A DNA stretch of 64,000 nucleotides from a virus: positions 1-64,000 of the IMG/VR virus record IMGVR_UViG_3300014838_000016. One strand, written 5' to 3'. Under the pieces are notes generated by a model that saw only the letters and a list, made by a program, of their open reading frames with translations, was not told the origin of the DNA and searched no databases. Below, piece by piece: positions 38,093 through 47,600 of this stretch; position 1 is the first letter of the stretch, and each line of letters opens with the position of its first letter. A program made the translations under genes and the position numbers.

Positions 38093-38733
38093 AGCTTTTG
38101 AATTGTCTCCCATGATTCGGGTTTGTAGTCCTTGCTCAGGTGCTTCCTGCAAGCATTGGCCGTATGGATCGCCGCTACGACCAAGGCAGGATCGTTCAGA
38201 TCGTACCTCGCTGCAACAGGCGTCTTCTTTTGAAAATTGTAGTCGGCTCCCGAGTTGATGTTGTCGAACTTGTTTTTCTCCCAAGCGGATTTGCGTATCG
38301 CGATAGATGCCATCCATCCGATCCCTTTTGGACTCGTGTATCGGTACGCCAACGCGCTGCCGTGCTGGTAGTAGTAGAGGGTGCTCGTCCCCGAGACGTG
38401 CAGTGCGGGGTTCTCAATGAGCGGTGTGATCTGGCGGGTGATTCGATTCGCTGGGTACCAGTCATCGTCATCCCAAATAATTCCGAATTCCCCGCTCGAT
38501 AGCTCAAAGCACCTATTTATTTTCGCCCCATGATGTTTTTTCGGGCTTTCATGGAAATATTTGACCCTCGGGTCGGCGGGCAGGAGGTCTTGAATTGGTT
38601 CCGCACCGTCATCCAATATGATTAGTTCGAGGTTGGGGTAGTCCTGAGAAAGAAAACACTCTATGGCCCGAGGAAAGAATGCCCTACGGTTGAAGGTTGG
38701 CGTCAGTGCGCTTACGAGGGGAAAATCAGACAT
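38080..38733 (-). CDS. glycosyltransferase family 2
   Basis: VSALTPTFNR..QDYPNLELIILDDG; WDDDDW (DxD). Confidence 0.92.
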   Translation of the reverse strand: MSDFPLVSALTPTFNRRAFFPRAIECFLSQDYPNLELIILDDGAEPIQDLLPADPRVKYFHESPKKHHGAKINRCFELSSGEFGIIWDDDDWYPANRITRQITPLIENPALHVSGTSTLYYYQHGSALAYRYTSPKGIGWMASIAIRKSAWEKNKFDNINSGADYNFQKKTPVAARYDLNDPALVVAAIHTANACRKHLSKDYKPESWETIQKLWQK

Positions 38734-39565
38734 GGCATAACCTACAATTTGGGTTGATTATCCCACGCCTGACATGCCAACGAATATGACTAGCGGCTCG
38801 TCCGCCTAAGACCGTAATACGAGCTAAGTGTCCATTTTCAATGTTCTTTCGTCCTTGAGCACGTCCTAAAGATTGTATATGCCCATTTTCGACATTCTTA
38901 CAGCCTTGAATACGCCCAAGCTCTTGTATGTGCCCGCTTTCAACATTCTTGCGTCCCTGAATAGGGCCACTAATTCGTCCGCCAATACTGCCGCCGACAT
39001 GACCGAACTTGGACCGTTGTTCTGGTGTAAGCGAAAGGGCGGCTAGTCGGCGTATCCTATCCAAGTGTCCACTTTCCACATTCTTGCGATGTAGAGCTTG
39101 CATGTGCCCGCTTTCAACATTCTTGCGTCCTTGGATGCGCCCGTTTTCAGCGTTCTTGCGCCCTAAGGCTTGTATTTGCCCGCTCTCAGCGTTTTTGCGC
39201 CCTAACGCTCTAGTTTTCTCAACTAATTTCACCCTGCCCCTTTCATAGATTTCGGCGTAGCGAGGCAACTCATCCACGGCTACCTGATAAACACTTTTCC
39301 TGTTCGCCATGAGATAGAACACCTTCTCAAATTCTGAAGCACACATCGCCAACCAGTAGTGAGCCCTGAAATGGTCCGCAGGCGATACCCGCATGATGTT
39401 GCTTGTATCCCTAGTTAATTCAGGGAATTCTTTCCTCGGGAGGATGTGGTGCTTGTGCCCTACGCTTGCTTTCGACAAAGACTCGATGAATGTAAAGTAT
39501 AATGTGAAGTCCACGTCGGGGAAACGGACGGACAAAATTTCACGAAGATGTATGGGAACGGTCAC
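38726..39565 (-). CDS. HNH-type homing endonuclease with tandem GRKNVESGH repeats
   Basis: HKHHILPR..N..DHFRAH; ~7 repeats; C-terminal HxxWH..CRLC. Confidence 0.75.
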   Translation of the reverse strand: MTVPIHLREILSVRFPDVDFTLYFTFIESLSKASVGHKHHILPRKEFPELTRDTSNIMRVSPADHFRAHYWLAMCASEFEKVFYLMANRKSVYQVAVDELPRYAEIYERGRVKLVEKTRALGRKNAESGQIQALGRKNAENGRIQGRKNVESGHMQALHRKNVESGHLDRIRRLAALSLTPEQRSKFGHVGGSIGGRISGPIQGRKNVESGHIQELGRIQGCKNVENGHIQSLGRAQGRKNIENGHLARITVLGGRAASHIRWHVRRGIINPNCRLCHV

Positions 39566-39566
39566 G

Positions 39567-39860
39567 TTAGTCCTCTATGCACTTCTTCATTATAGCCGCC
39601 ACGACTTGAGAAAGCATAACGACCACAAACACTCGTACAATGTAGTCGGCAACGCTGTGGCACAAGGATTTGCGGTATATTAACACCAAAATCATTGCTA
39701 CCCAGTGCGAAACGCACCATGTACATGACAATAATTCGTCTAAAAATGGGAATTTTGATGCCAGCCAGTCGTGGGGTTTGGCAAAAATCTTCCCCTTGGC
39801 TACGACCAAACTGAGCGCCCCGCACGCAACGCCGAGTTCCAGCAAGACAGCAAGAATCAT
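39567..39860 (-). CDS. DUF1360-like membrane protein with CxxC
   Basis: LLSCTWCVSHW; three hydrophobic segments; GTATTA 6 nt before ATG. Confidence 0.7.
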   Translation of the reverse strand: MILAVLLELGVACGALSLVVAKGKIFAKPHDWLASKFPFLDELLSCTWCVSHWVAMILVLIYRKSLCHSVADYIVRVFVVVMLSQVVAAIMKKCIED

Positions 39861-39874
39861 ATTGGATAATACTC

Positions 39875-39913
39875 AAAAAGAAAGGGATGCTGGGCAGCAT
39901 CCCCTTTTGTTTT
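39875..39913. terminator. bidirectional intrinsic terminator
   Basis: GGGATGCT-GGGC-AGCATCCC stem-loop with U-tracts on both strands. Confidence 0.75.
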
Positions 39914-39925
39914 CAACCGTTAAAA

Positions 39926-42460
39926 TTAGCCGCAGATCGAAGTCTGTTCGCTCCATCTACATTGTGCAACGGCCTTGGCGCATCCCCTGAAGCTCTTGCC
40001 GGCAATCGTGTAAGTCTTGCCGTTCAAGCAGTCCATGAGACCGTCGTAGTTGCGTGGGAAAGCTGCCGCGTAGCCAGCCCAGACGATGGTGCCGCCCGTG
40101 ACGCCAGTTGATGCGGTATCCACATTGACGTTGCCCGGACCAGCCGCGAATGCGGAACCAGTGAGCGTCCCGCCTTCGATAAGCTGGAACAGAACCGTGG
40201 AGCCGTCCGTGAAGACCTGAATTTCGCGGAGTAGCTGTACAAGAGCCGCCGTGCCATTGCCTTGAATCGACCACAGCGGGACGAACGCAGTCGTCATGAC
40301 CTGAGTGTCGAACGCCGCACCGCTGTCGTAGGAGTAGTACTGGATCGAGCAAGCAAACTGCTCGTCCGCAGGGATGGTGACGAGTGCGCCCGATGGTGAG
40401 AGCGACAAGTCCTGATTCGAGCCGAGCGGGAAGGTGTTCGGCCCGCAAATGACCGTTGCCAGTTCGAGCACTGGGGTTGGCATACCACCCGTGATAAAGA
40501 CGTTGAGAGATGTCTCAGCGGGGCTGCCCATGGTCGTGTAGGTGTTGCCGCATACGTTGAGACAGGTGTTGGTAATATCAACGAAGAGCGGGGTGTCAAT
40601 GGTGTTGGTGACAGTGACGGTGCCCGTGACGGTGACCGTACCAGTGACGCTTACGGTGCCGCCTGTGATATCGACATAGATCGGAGTGTCGAAGGTGTTT
40701 GCAACGTTGACGTTAAGGAAAGACTCTGCTGGGCTGCCGAGCGTTGTGAAAGTCGCCCCGCATACGTTGAGGCAAGCGTTGGTAACGTCAACGTAGATCG
40801 GAGTGTCGGGTGTGTTTGAGTTGAGGGTGACATCACCGCCAGTAACGAAAACGTTGAGTGAAGACTCCGCTGGGCTACCTGAAGCTGTGAACGTCGCACC
40901 AGTGAGGCCGACCGTCCAAGTACCCGCCTGATTTACGAACCAATCGCCGCACTGTGTAGCGCATACCGTGCCGCCAACGCTGAAGACGTTGAGTCCTGTT
41001 TCCGCAGGGCTTCCAACAGTCGTCGTGCCGACGCCCGTGATGTTGATCGTGCCGCCCGTAACATCGACATAAATCGGGGTATCGATGGTGTTCGAGACGG
41101 TAATGTCGCCGCCCGTAACAAAGGTGTTGAGGGAGGATACCGCAGGACTACCAACCTCCGAGAAGGTTGCTCCGCACACATTGATGCAAGCGTTGGTGAT
41201 GTTTACATCGACCGTGTTGCCGATGTCAACGGTGCCAGTGACGGTGATGGCTCCACCCGGCCCCGTACCAGTGACGGTTACGACGCCAGTGATGGTATCA
41301 ATCGTGCCGCCCTCAACGAAGACGTTGAGTGAGGATACCGCTGGGCTACCAGCGACCGTGAAGGTTTGTCCGCATACGTCGATGCAGGCATTGGTTATGT
41401 CAACGTAGATCGGGGTTTCTGGCGTGTTCGAGTTGAGGGTAACATCGCCGCCGAGGACGAAAACGTTAAGACCTGCTTCGGCTGGGCTGCCTACGAGAGT
41501 CGTTCCAATAGGAACGCCGCCAATTTCAGTGATGTTGGTGACCCACGGGGATGTGCACTGGGTGACGCAAATCTCGCCGCCAGTTACAAATGTGTTGAGG
41601 CCGCATACCTGAACAGTAGCGCAATCGGGAGTGGTGACGATTTCCGCAGCCGAGATTGTGACCGCACCATTGTTGGCGAGTGCACGACCAGTAAGTGTAC
41701 CGCCGCCGAGAGTGATGCTTGCAACGGCGAGGATGGTGCCTTCAGTGATTGCACCCGGCCCGATGGATGTCCAAGAACTTCCAGCGACCCAAACGATGTT
41801 GCACGCCTGTGCTCCGTTAGCCAAGAGGATCGTGCCAGCAATCTGCTGAGTGATGCCACTGCCAGCGAGGAACACGAACACTGCATCAGGGTTGCCCTGT
41901 GCATCAAGAGTAATCGGTGTGTTGATGGCGAGGGTTGAGCCGCTCGAATAAACGCCCGGGTAGTAAGTCCCAACGGGGGCACCGATGGAGTTCTGCGTGC
42001 CCATGTCCGCCGTGGTGAGTACCGTTCCCGGCCCCAGACCTTGGTAATAAGCGATGGCGTTTGCTACAGCCGTCTGATCTCCAGCCGTGGCGGTGACAAT
42101 CGCCGCAGGAGCGACAACTACGCCCGGTGGGAATCCGATAATTGAATTTGTTGGGTACGAACCGACATTATCGCCCGAGATGACCGAGGAGCCCGAGTTC
42201 GTTACGCCGCTGGAGCCGAGGAGGGCGTAGTTTGCTGCTGAGCCGAGGTGAGAAAGTGTAGGGGAGATTCCACCCGTGCAAGTTGTTCCCACCCCTTGGA
42301 TGGTGACTTCTGGGATGTTGATGACGCCGACATTGATCGAGGCGACAGCGGGGCTGCCCGAGACTGTAATGAGGGGACAACCCGTAGTATCGTCGTAGAT
42401 ACCAAAGACGGAGATTCCCGTGTACAGCCCGCCCGCACAAGATGAACAATTTTCTGGCAT
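39926..42460 (-). CDS. repetitive Cys-rich fibre protein with a DUF3494 domain
   Basis: GSPA..LNVFV.GG repeats; AAGGA RBS. Confidence 0.85.
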   Translation of the reverse strand: MPENCSSCAGGLYTGISVFGIYDDTTGCPLITVSGSPAVASINVGVINIPEVTIQGVGTTCTGGISPTLSHLGSAANYALLGSSGVTNSGSSVISGDNVGSYPTNSIIGFPPGVVVAPAAIVTATAGDQTAVANAIAYYQGLGPGTVLTTADMGTQNSIGAPVGTYYPGVYSSGSTLAINTPITLDAQGNPDAVFVFLAGSGITQQIAGTILLANGAQACNIVWVAGSSWTSIGPGAITEGTILAVASITLGGGTLTGRALANNGAVTISAAEIVTTPDCATVQVCGLNTFVTGGEICVTQCTSPWVTNITEIGGVPIGTTLVGSPAEAGLNVFVLGGDVTLNSNTPETPIYVDITNACIDVCGQTFTVAGSPAVSSLNVFVEGGTIDTITGVVTVTGTGPGGAITVTGTVDIGNTVDVNITNACINVCGATFSEVGSPAVSSLNTFVTGGDITVSNTIDTPIYVDVTGGTINITGVGTTTVGSPAETGLNVFSVGGTVCATQCGDWFVNQAGTWTVGLTGATFTASGSPAESSLNVFVTGGDVTLNSNTPDTPIYVDVTNACLNVCGATFTTLGSPAESFLNVNVANTFDTPIYVDITGGTVSVTGTVTVTGTVTVTNTIDTPLFVDITNTCLNVCGNTYTTMGSPAETSLNVFITGGMPTPVLELATVICGPNTFPLGSNQDLSLSPSGALVTIPADEQFACSIQYYSYDSGAAFDTQVMTTAFVPLWSIQGNGTAALVQLLREIQVFTDGSTVLFQLIEGGTLTGSAFAAGPGNVNVDTASTGVTGGTIVWAGYAAAFPRNYDGLMDCLNGKTYTIAGKSFRGCAKAVAQCRWSEQTSICG
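41628..42247 (-). other. DUF3494 ice-binding-like domain 2
   Basis: LGSAANYALLGSSGVTNSG..PGVY..ITLDAQGNPDAVFVF..LANGAQACNIVW..GRALANNGAVTI. Confidence 0.92.
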
Positions 42461-42564
42461 GATGATTTCCTTATGAATCTAGTTTTGTATTTGGCGGGCG
42501 TACCCACCCCAGAAAACTTTCCTTACTTTAGAAAACGGAAGTTTGAAAATATCCAAACCCCCAA

Positions 42565-43365
42565 CTAAAACGGTTCCGTCCATTGTATTGAAGCACTTAC
42601 ACAATTTGCCAGCGATCCCATCTGAGTGACCACTAGAGTGTATCGGCTGCCGACTAGAACCGGGGGACTTCCTACCTCCACAAAAGCGTATGGAAAATAT
42701 AATCCTGACTGTAGCGTCACCTCATTAAGTTGCATATAGCCGCTGTTCACAACACGGCCTCCAGAGATTGCCGAGGCTGATGTGTCGTAAACCATAACGG
42801 ACTCCGAGTCAACGCTCTTGAAAGTCGCGCCGATCAATGTTCCGTCTAGCACTATTTGCCAAAGCACCCTTGACCCGTTTCCAGCTAGGTTGAAACCGCC
42901 GAGCAGGGGGAAGTTTAGGGTAATCAATGCAGTGTCGGGCTGGAGAGAGATCAAGGGGACTGGGGTAAGACTGGGTATGATGGTCGGGGTTGTCCCCGTG
43001 TTCACCGAAAATGGATTTCCAGTCAAACCTGCCTGAATAACGGTCGTCGCTAATATGGGGCTGTTGCTGGTCGCGGCTGCGCTGACGTAAACCAACTGTA
43101 TGTCGAACGCTTGGATGACTCCAGCAGCTATAGGCGTGAACAGTGTGAGCGTAAAATTGCTGTTGGCATCTACTGTGGCGGTTCCAGCAGGCGACCCCAT
43201 TGATGAGATATTTATCGCAGTTGGCGGGACGTAACCCTGATTTGATAGGAGGGTGACCGATCCTGTTCCGACTTGCAAAATATCGGAAAGCGGGAAGGTG
43301 AATACGGTTGAAACACCGTCGCCCTGCAACAAGAGTGTGATCGGGACTATTTGTTGTAGTGGCAT
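42565..43365 (-). CDS. virion structural protein
   Basis: GDGVSTVFT N-motif; C-domain paralogous to that of 39926..42460. Confidence 0.75.
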   Translation of the reverse strand: MPLQQIVPITLLLQGDGVSTVFTFPLSDILQVGTGSVTLLSNQGYVPPTAINISSMGSPAGTATVDANSNFTLTLFTPIAAGVIQAFDIQLVYVSAAATSNSPILATTVIQAGLTGNPFSVNTGTTPTIIPSLTPVPLISLQPDTALITLNFPLLGGFNLAGNGSRVLWQIVLDGTLIGATFKSVDSESVMVYDTSASAISGGRVVNSGYMQLNEVTLQSGLYFPYAFVEVGSPPVLVGSRYTLVVTQMGSLANCVSASIQWTEPF

Positions 43366-43366
43366 C

Positions 43367-44605
43367 TTATTCCTCTGTCCATGTAATTCTGACGGTCATT
43401 AGCGAACCCGCTATCGCAAGATTAGAAACGCTGATACCTACAAAGTCGTTTACGCCCCTGAGCGTAATCGCTTGAACACTGTTCACACCGAAATTAAGTT
43501 CAATAGGGGTAGGTCCCACCAACGTGCTCGTGTTGGTGATCCATTGCATAGCCTCGGCTCCTATAACGCCCGCGTTGTAAGTCGTTGTCGTCGGTAGCGT
43601 CGTCCACTGACTCACTATTGCTGTGACTGTTGGGTTCACTGGATCGTCAGGTACAGAAACCACGGTGGTGAATGTTCCTCCAGTGATGGCTGTGAAGCGG
43701 TTTATGACTATCACGCTAGGTCCAGAATTGCCTGTGCTGCAAGCCCAAGAAATTTTCATGTGGCGAATCCTGATTACCTTTGTTGCGGAACCCTGAATCG
43801 TGAAAAACGGCTTGATGGGATCAGCTACGGGTACGAAGTTAATTTGACACGCACGATACGTTGCTTTACGTCCCGTGTCATCCACATACAACGCACCCGT
43901 TGAATCTAAAGTCAATGGCAAAACCGTTCCCGCAGCATAATCGGGTACGGAAATGGACTCCACGACGCCGCCGACTTCCACAGTCAGTGGATTGACAACA
44001 TTTACATCAAGCGCGAACGTTGCTGGGCTACCAGAGTAGCTTCCTTGCAGCCATTGAAGATCGCCATTCGGGTCCTGTATGCCGATACCGATGGGTTGCT
44101 GGCATGTTGGCGGGGCGTAAGCTGGTGCGGGACAAATGGGACTTCCCGCTGGATACAGACCTTGCACTTGTGGATCAGCCCAAACCGCGCTAGTATTTCC
44201 GGGTTGGGAGATGAGAAGCTGACCAGCATGTGTTGGATGGCTGAGGTCTACTTCTACTTTTGTTCCAACTTCGTCAGTGCAGAGATACGCCGCACTCCCG
44301 CACGCCACAATGCCTGTGGCGTCGAAGATGTAGCCACAGTCTGGACTGTAGGTGATGTTGATGCCAGTACCGGGGATGAAGTTGAGGATGTCTTGACACG
44401 GCGACGGAACGCCGTTGATTTCTATTACGACCCCCGTTGATAACGGCAAAAGGCATGGGTCAATTTTGCAGTCAGGTCCAAGCAGAACGATAGCGCCGGG
44501 TTCCGCAGGGCAGCAGCCGCTTACCATAGGTATGCGGTACTCCGTCCAGAACTGCTGGTTCGCTTTGTCCTTACGATCTGCGATTACACTATATATCGTG
44601 GACAT
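43367..44605 (-). CDS. virion fibre/decoration protein
   Basis: C-domain paralogous to that of 33052..36939 (GRK.TY..GSA.K.IRI..W.EE). Confidence 0.75.
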   Translation of the reverse strand: MSTIYSVIADRKDKANQQFWTEYRIPMVSGCCPAEPGAIVLLGPDCKIDPCLLPLSTGVVIEINGVPSPCQDILNFIPGTGINITYSPDCGYIFDATGIVACGSAAYLCTDEVGTKVEVDLSHPTHAGQLLISQPGNTSAVWADPQVQGLYPAGSPICPAPAYAPPTCQQPIGIGIQDPNGDLQWLQGSYSGSPATFALDVNVVNPLTVEVGGVVESISVPDYAAGTVLPLTLDSTGALYVDDTGRKATYRACQINFVPVADPIKPFFTIQGSATKVIRIRHMKISWACSTGNSGPSVIVINRFTAITGGTFTTVVSVPDDPVNPTVTAIVSQWTTLPTTTTYNAGVIGAEAMQWITNTSTLVGPTPIELNFGVNSVQAITLRGVNDFVGISVSNLAIAGSLMTVRITWTEE

Positions 44606-44613
44606 TATTCCTC

Positions 44614-47600
44614 TTAGTTCGGGTTTCCCGTGACCATACAGTTAAATGTTTGTGCCCCGCTCGTGGCGTAGGTGATGGTAAAGCCGCTGTTGCTTGACGC
44701 CGATATATAGAAAGCGCCCGCGTTCGTTGTCGGCGTCACTACGACGATAGGCGTACTGGTGTAGTTCACCGCGTACGTCTTGCTCACGGTCGTGCCCGAC
44801 CCCGAGGTTATGACGCCTGCGGTGTCCCCGTTTGCCGCCGACACGTTGCCGTGACCCGCCTGCATGACGTTGCCCTTGTTGTCAACACTGAACACTTCGG
44901 TCGTCCCCGCCGCACCTGCAAAACAGTCGATCAATTTGTTCGCAGTGCCGAGCAACGCAGTCTCAGTGACGGCGACCTTTAGAGCCGTGTAAGAGCCCGA
45001 TGCCGTAAGGGTCTGGTTGATGGTGGGGGCGATTTGCATGGCAGTGAAGGTGCCAGCACCAGCCGTGGGTGCCCAGTTCAGATGCACGGAGTTGTTCCCG
45101 CCGAGGCTAACCTCTGCGCCGACGTTGATGCCTATGTATGGACCTGCCCCAGTTGTTGCCCATGTTGATCCACCATGCCCCAAGCTAACAAGAGGTTTTC
45201 CACCCGTGTAAGTAGCTGATGGAGACTGGGCGCTGCCAATCTCGGCGGTCCCCAACGCCAATTGATTGTACAAACCAAAGCTAACGCTTGTGCTTTGCGA
45301 CGTTATGCTGCCTTGATTAGTACCTCCTTGATAGCCACGCATTATGTCCACACTGCCAGCAATCGTAGCCACTAAGAGTGGGAAACTAGCATTGCCCCCA
45401 ATGCTAATTCCGCAAGTAGCTCCCGCTGGACCGATGATCTGTGGATCGGTAACGCCGTAGCTTAGCGGCGTCGGTAACTGAATCTGCGCTGCACCTGTCG
45501 TTCCTGTGTGTGCGATGGTCAAGGTGCTGATGGCGTTCGTGCCCGCTGTCATCACCGAGCCTATCGTCCATTGATCGTTGGCTGACGCGCCGTTCCAGTA
45601 CTGTGCAGAAAATCCATGCAGCGGCGATGCGTTGGTCGTGATCGCCGATGCAGTGGTTGTATTCTCCCAATCCCAAAGCACGGCTGAAGTCTGGTTAAAT
45701 GTCGTCGTGAAGCCAGCGTTGGCAAGCGTGAGGTTCCCCGTGGCGTTGGTCAGCGCAGACCATGCGTTGGTGATGGTTGGAGTGCCGCTCAACGCGGCGT
45801 ATGCGATGGAGCCCGCAGCAAAGGAAGTCGTGCCACTGACGGTGATGTTGGCAAAAGCTGCGGTGCCAGTGAATGTGGGAGAAGCTAATGGAGCAGCGCC
45901 TGTGACTTGAGCCACAGTGTAATCGCCTGATGTTGCTACGACTGCACCAGTACGACCGAAGACGCTGGTTACAGGAGCGGTCAAAGCTGTGATATAGCCT
46001 TGAGCTTGCACGTATGCTGTTGTTGCAATTTTTGTGCTGTTATCCGCCGTTGCAGGAGTGGTTGATGTTGGCACTCCAGTGAAAGCAACGTTGCCTGTGA
46101 GGGTAGGAGCACCGGCCCACGATCCGCTTATGGTGCCGCCGCTGGAAGTTAATGTGCCAGAGACAGTTTCCGTGCCAGACATCGTGTAGGCACCGCTCAT
46201 GGTTCCTGTAAACGCCCATGTGCCTGTAGTTGCGAAGGCTGTTACAACTAAGGAGCCAGCCGCAAAAGCTGCCGTGCCTGATACTGCGATGTTATTTGCG
46301 AACGTCACTGTACCACTGAAAGTCGGAGATGCAAGAGGTGCAAGCAAAGCTTCGGCGGCTATAGCACGTCCTCTTTCAACTGAAACTGCGGAGTCCGCGT
46401 AAGCTGTAGTTGCAATCTGAGTGTTGGCTGTTAGCGGTGATGCAGTTGGTGCGGTTGGAATTCCAGTGAACGCGGGGGATACCAACGGTGCCGCGCCAGT
46501 AACTTGAGCTACAGTGTAGTCACCACTTACCGCTATGACCGCACCAGTGCGACCAAAGACCGAAGTGACGAGGCTGCTGGCTGCCGTCAAATACCCCTGT
46601 GCTTGCACGTAGGCTGTCGTCGCAATCCTCGTGCTGTTGTCGCTGGTCAAGGGCGTGGTAGACAACGGTGTTCCAGTGAACGTTGGGGATACTAGGGACG
46701 CTGCACCCGTAACCATGGCGACGGTGTAGTCGCCGCTTACGGCGATAACTACGCCAGTTCTCCCGAAGACCGATTGCACTGGTGCTCCGGCCGAAGTAAT
46801 ATAGCCCTGCGCCTGCACGTAAGCAGTTGTCGCTATTTTTGTGGAGTTGTCCACTGTTGCTGGCGTAGAGGATGTCGGTGCTCCTGTGAAGTTCACGTTG
46901 CCATTTAACGTGGTGATTGTCGCCGTAGTGATAGCAGCGGTCGGAATTGTCACCGTCCCAATGAAAGTCGGAGACGCCAGATATGCGAGCGACGTGTAAT
47001 CACTCAGGTCGGTTGATGCGGGCTGAGTCGCCGTGAACAGCCCTGTGATCGCGGAGTAGGAGTTCAGCCACTCATGCGTGATGGCACCAAAAGTCGAGGG
47101 TAACACAGTGGTGTTTGATAGAGCGTCGGTGATGCCGTACCCAGCAAGCGTAGTCGGATGAGACGACAAGTCCGTGAATGCCAAATCCACCACGCCAATA
47201 AATCCGTTGACGCTTGTGACGGCGGCTGGGGGAAACAGGAGTTCCACCCAATTGCTGAGCACAGAAGCAGGTGTAGCAGCAAGAATGAACGTTTCGTTGA
47301 CATCCGTCCGTACAGCAACTTCCCCCTGAGTATCGGGCAAGGCAAGCATTGCGGCTTGGCTCGCAACTACGTAAGTATTGGTGAGCGGGATAACAGGAAG
47401 CTGCGACGTGGGAACCAATCCGCCAGCGTCCAATGACGCATAGCCGTTCGGTTGCCCCTTCTGTGACAAAGGTTGGAGTAACGTTTCGGCGGCTTCCGCT
47501 CGTGAAGTTTCAACCCCTACCGCTGAATCAACATAGGCTGTCGTCGCGATCTGGTTGTTGTCTGTTAGAGGAGCGGCTGTCGGTGCAACAGGAATTCCTG

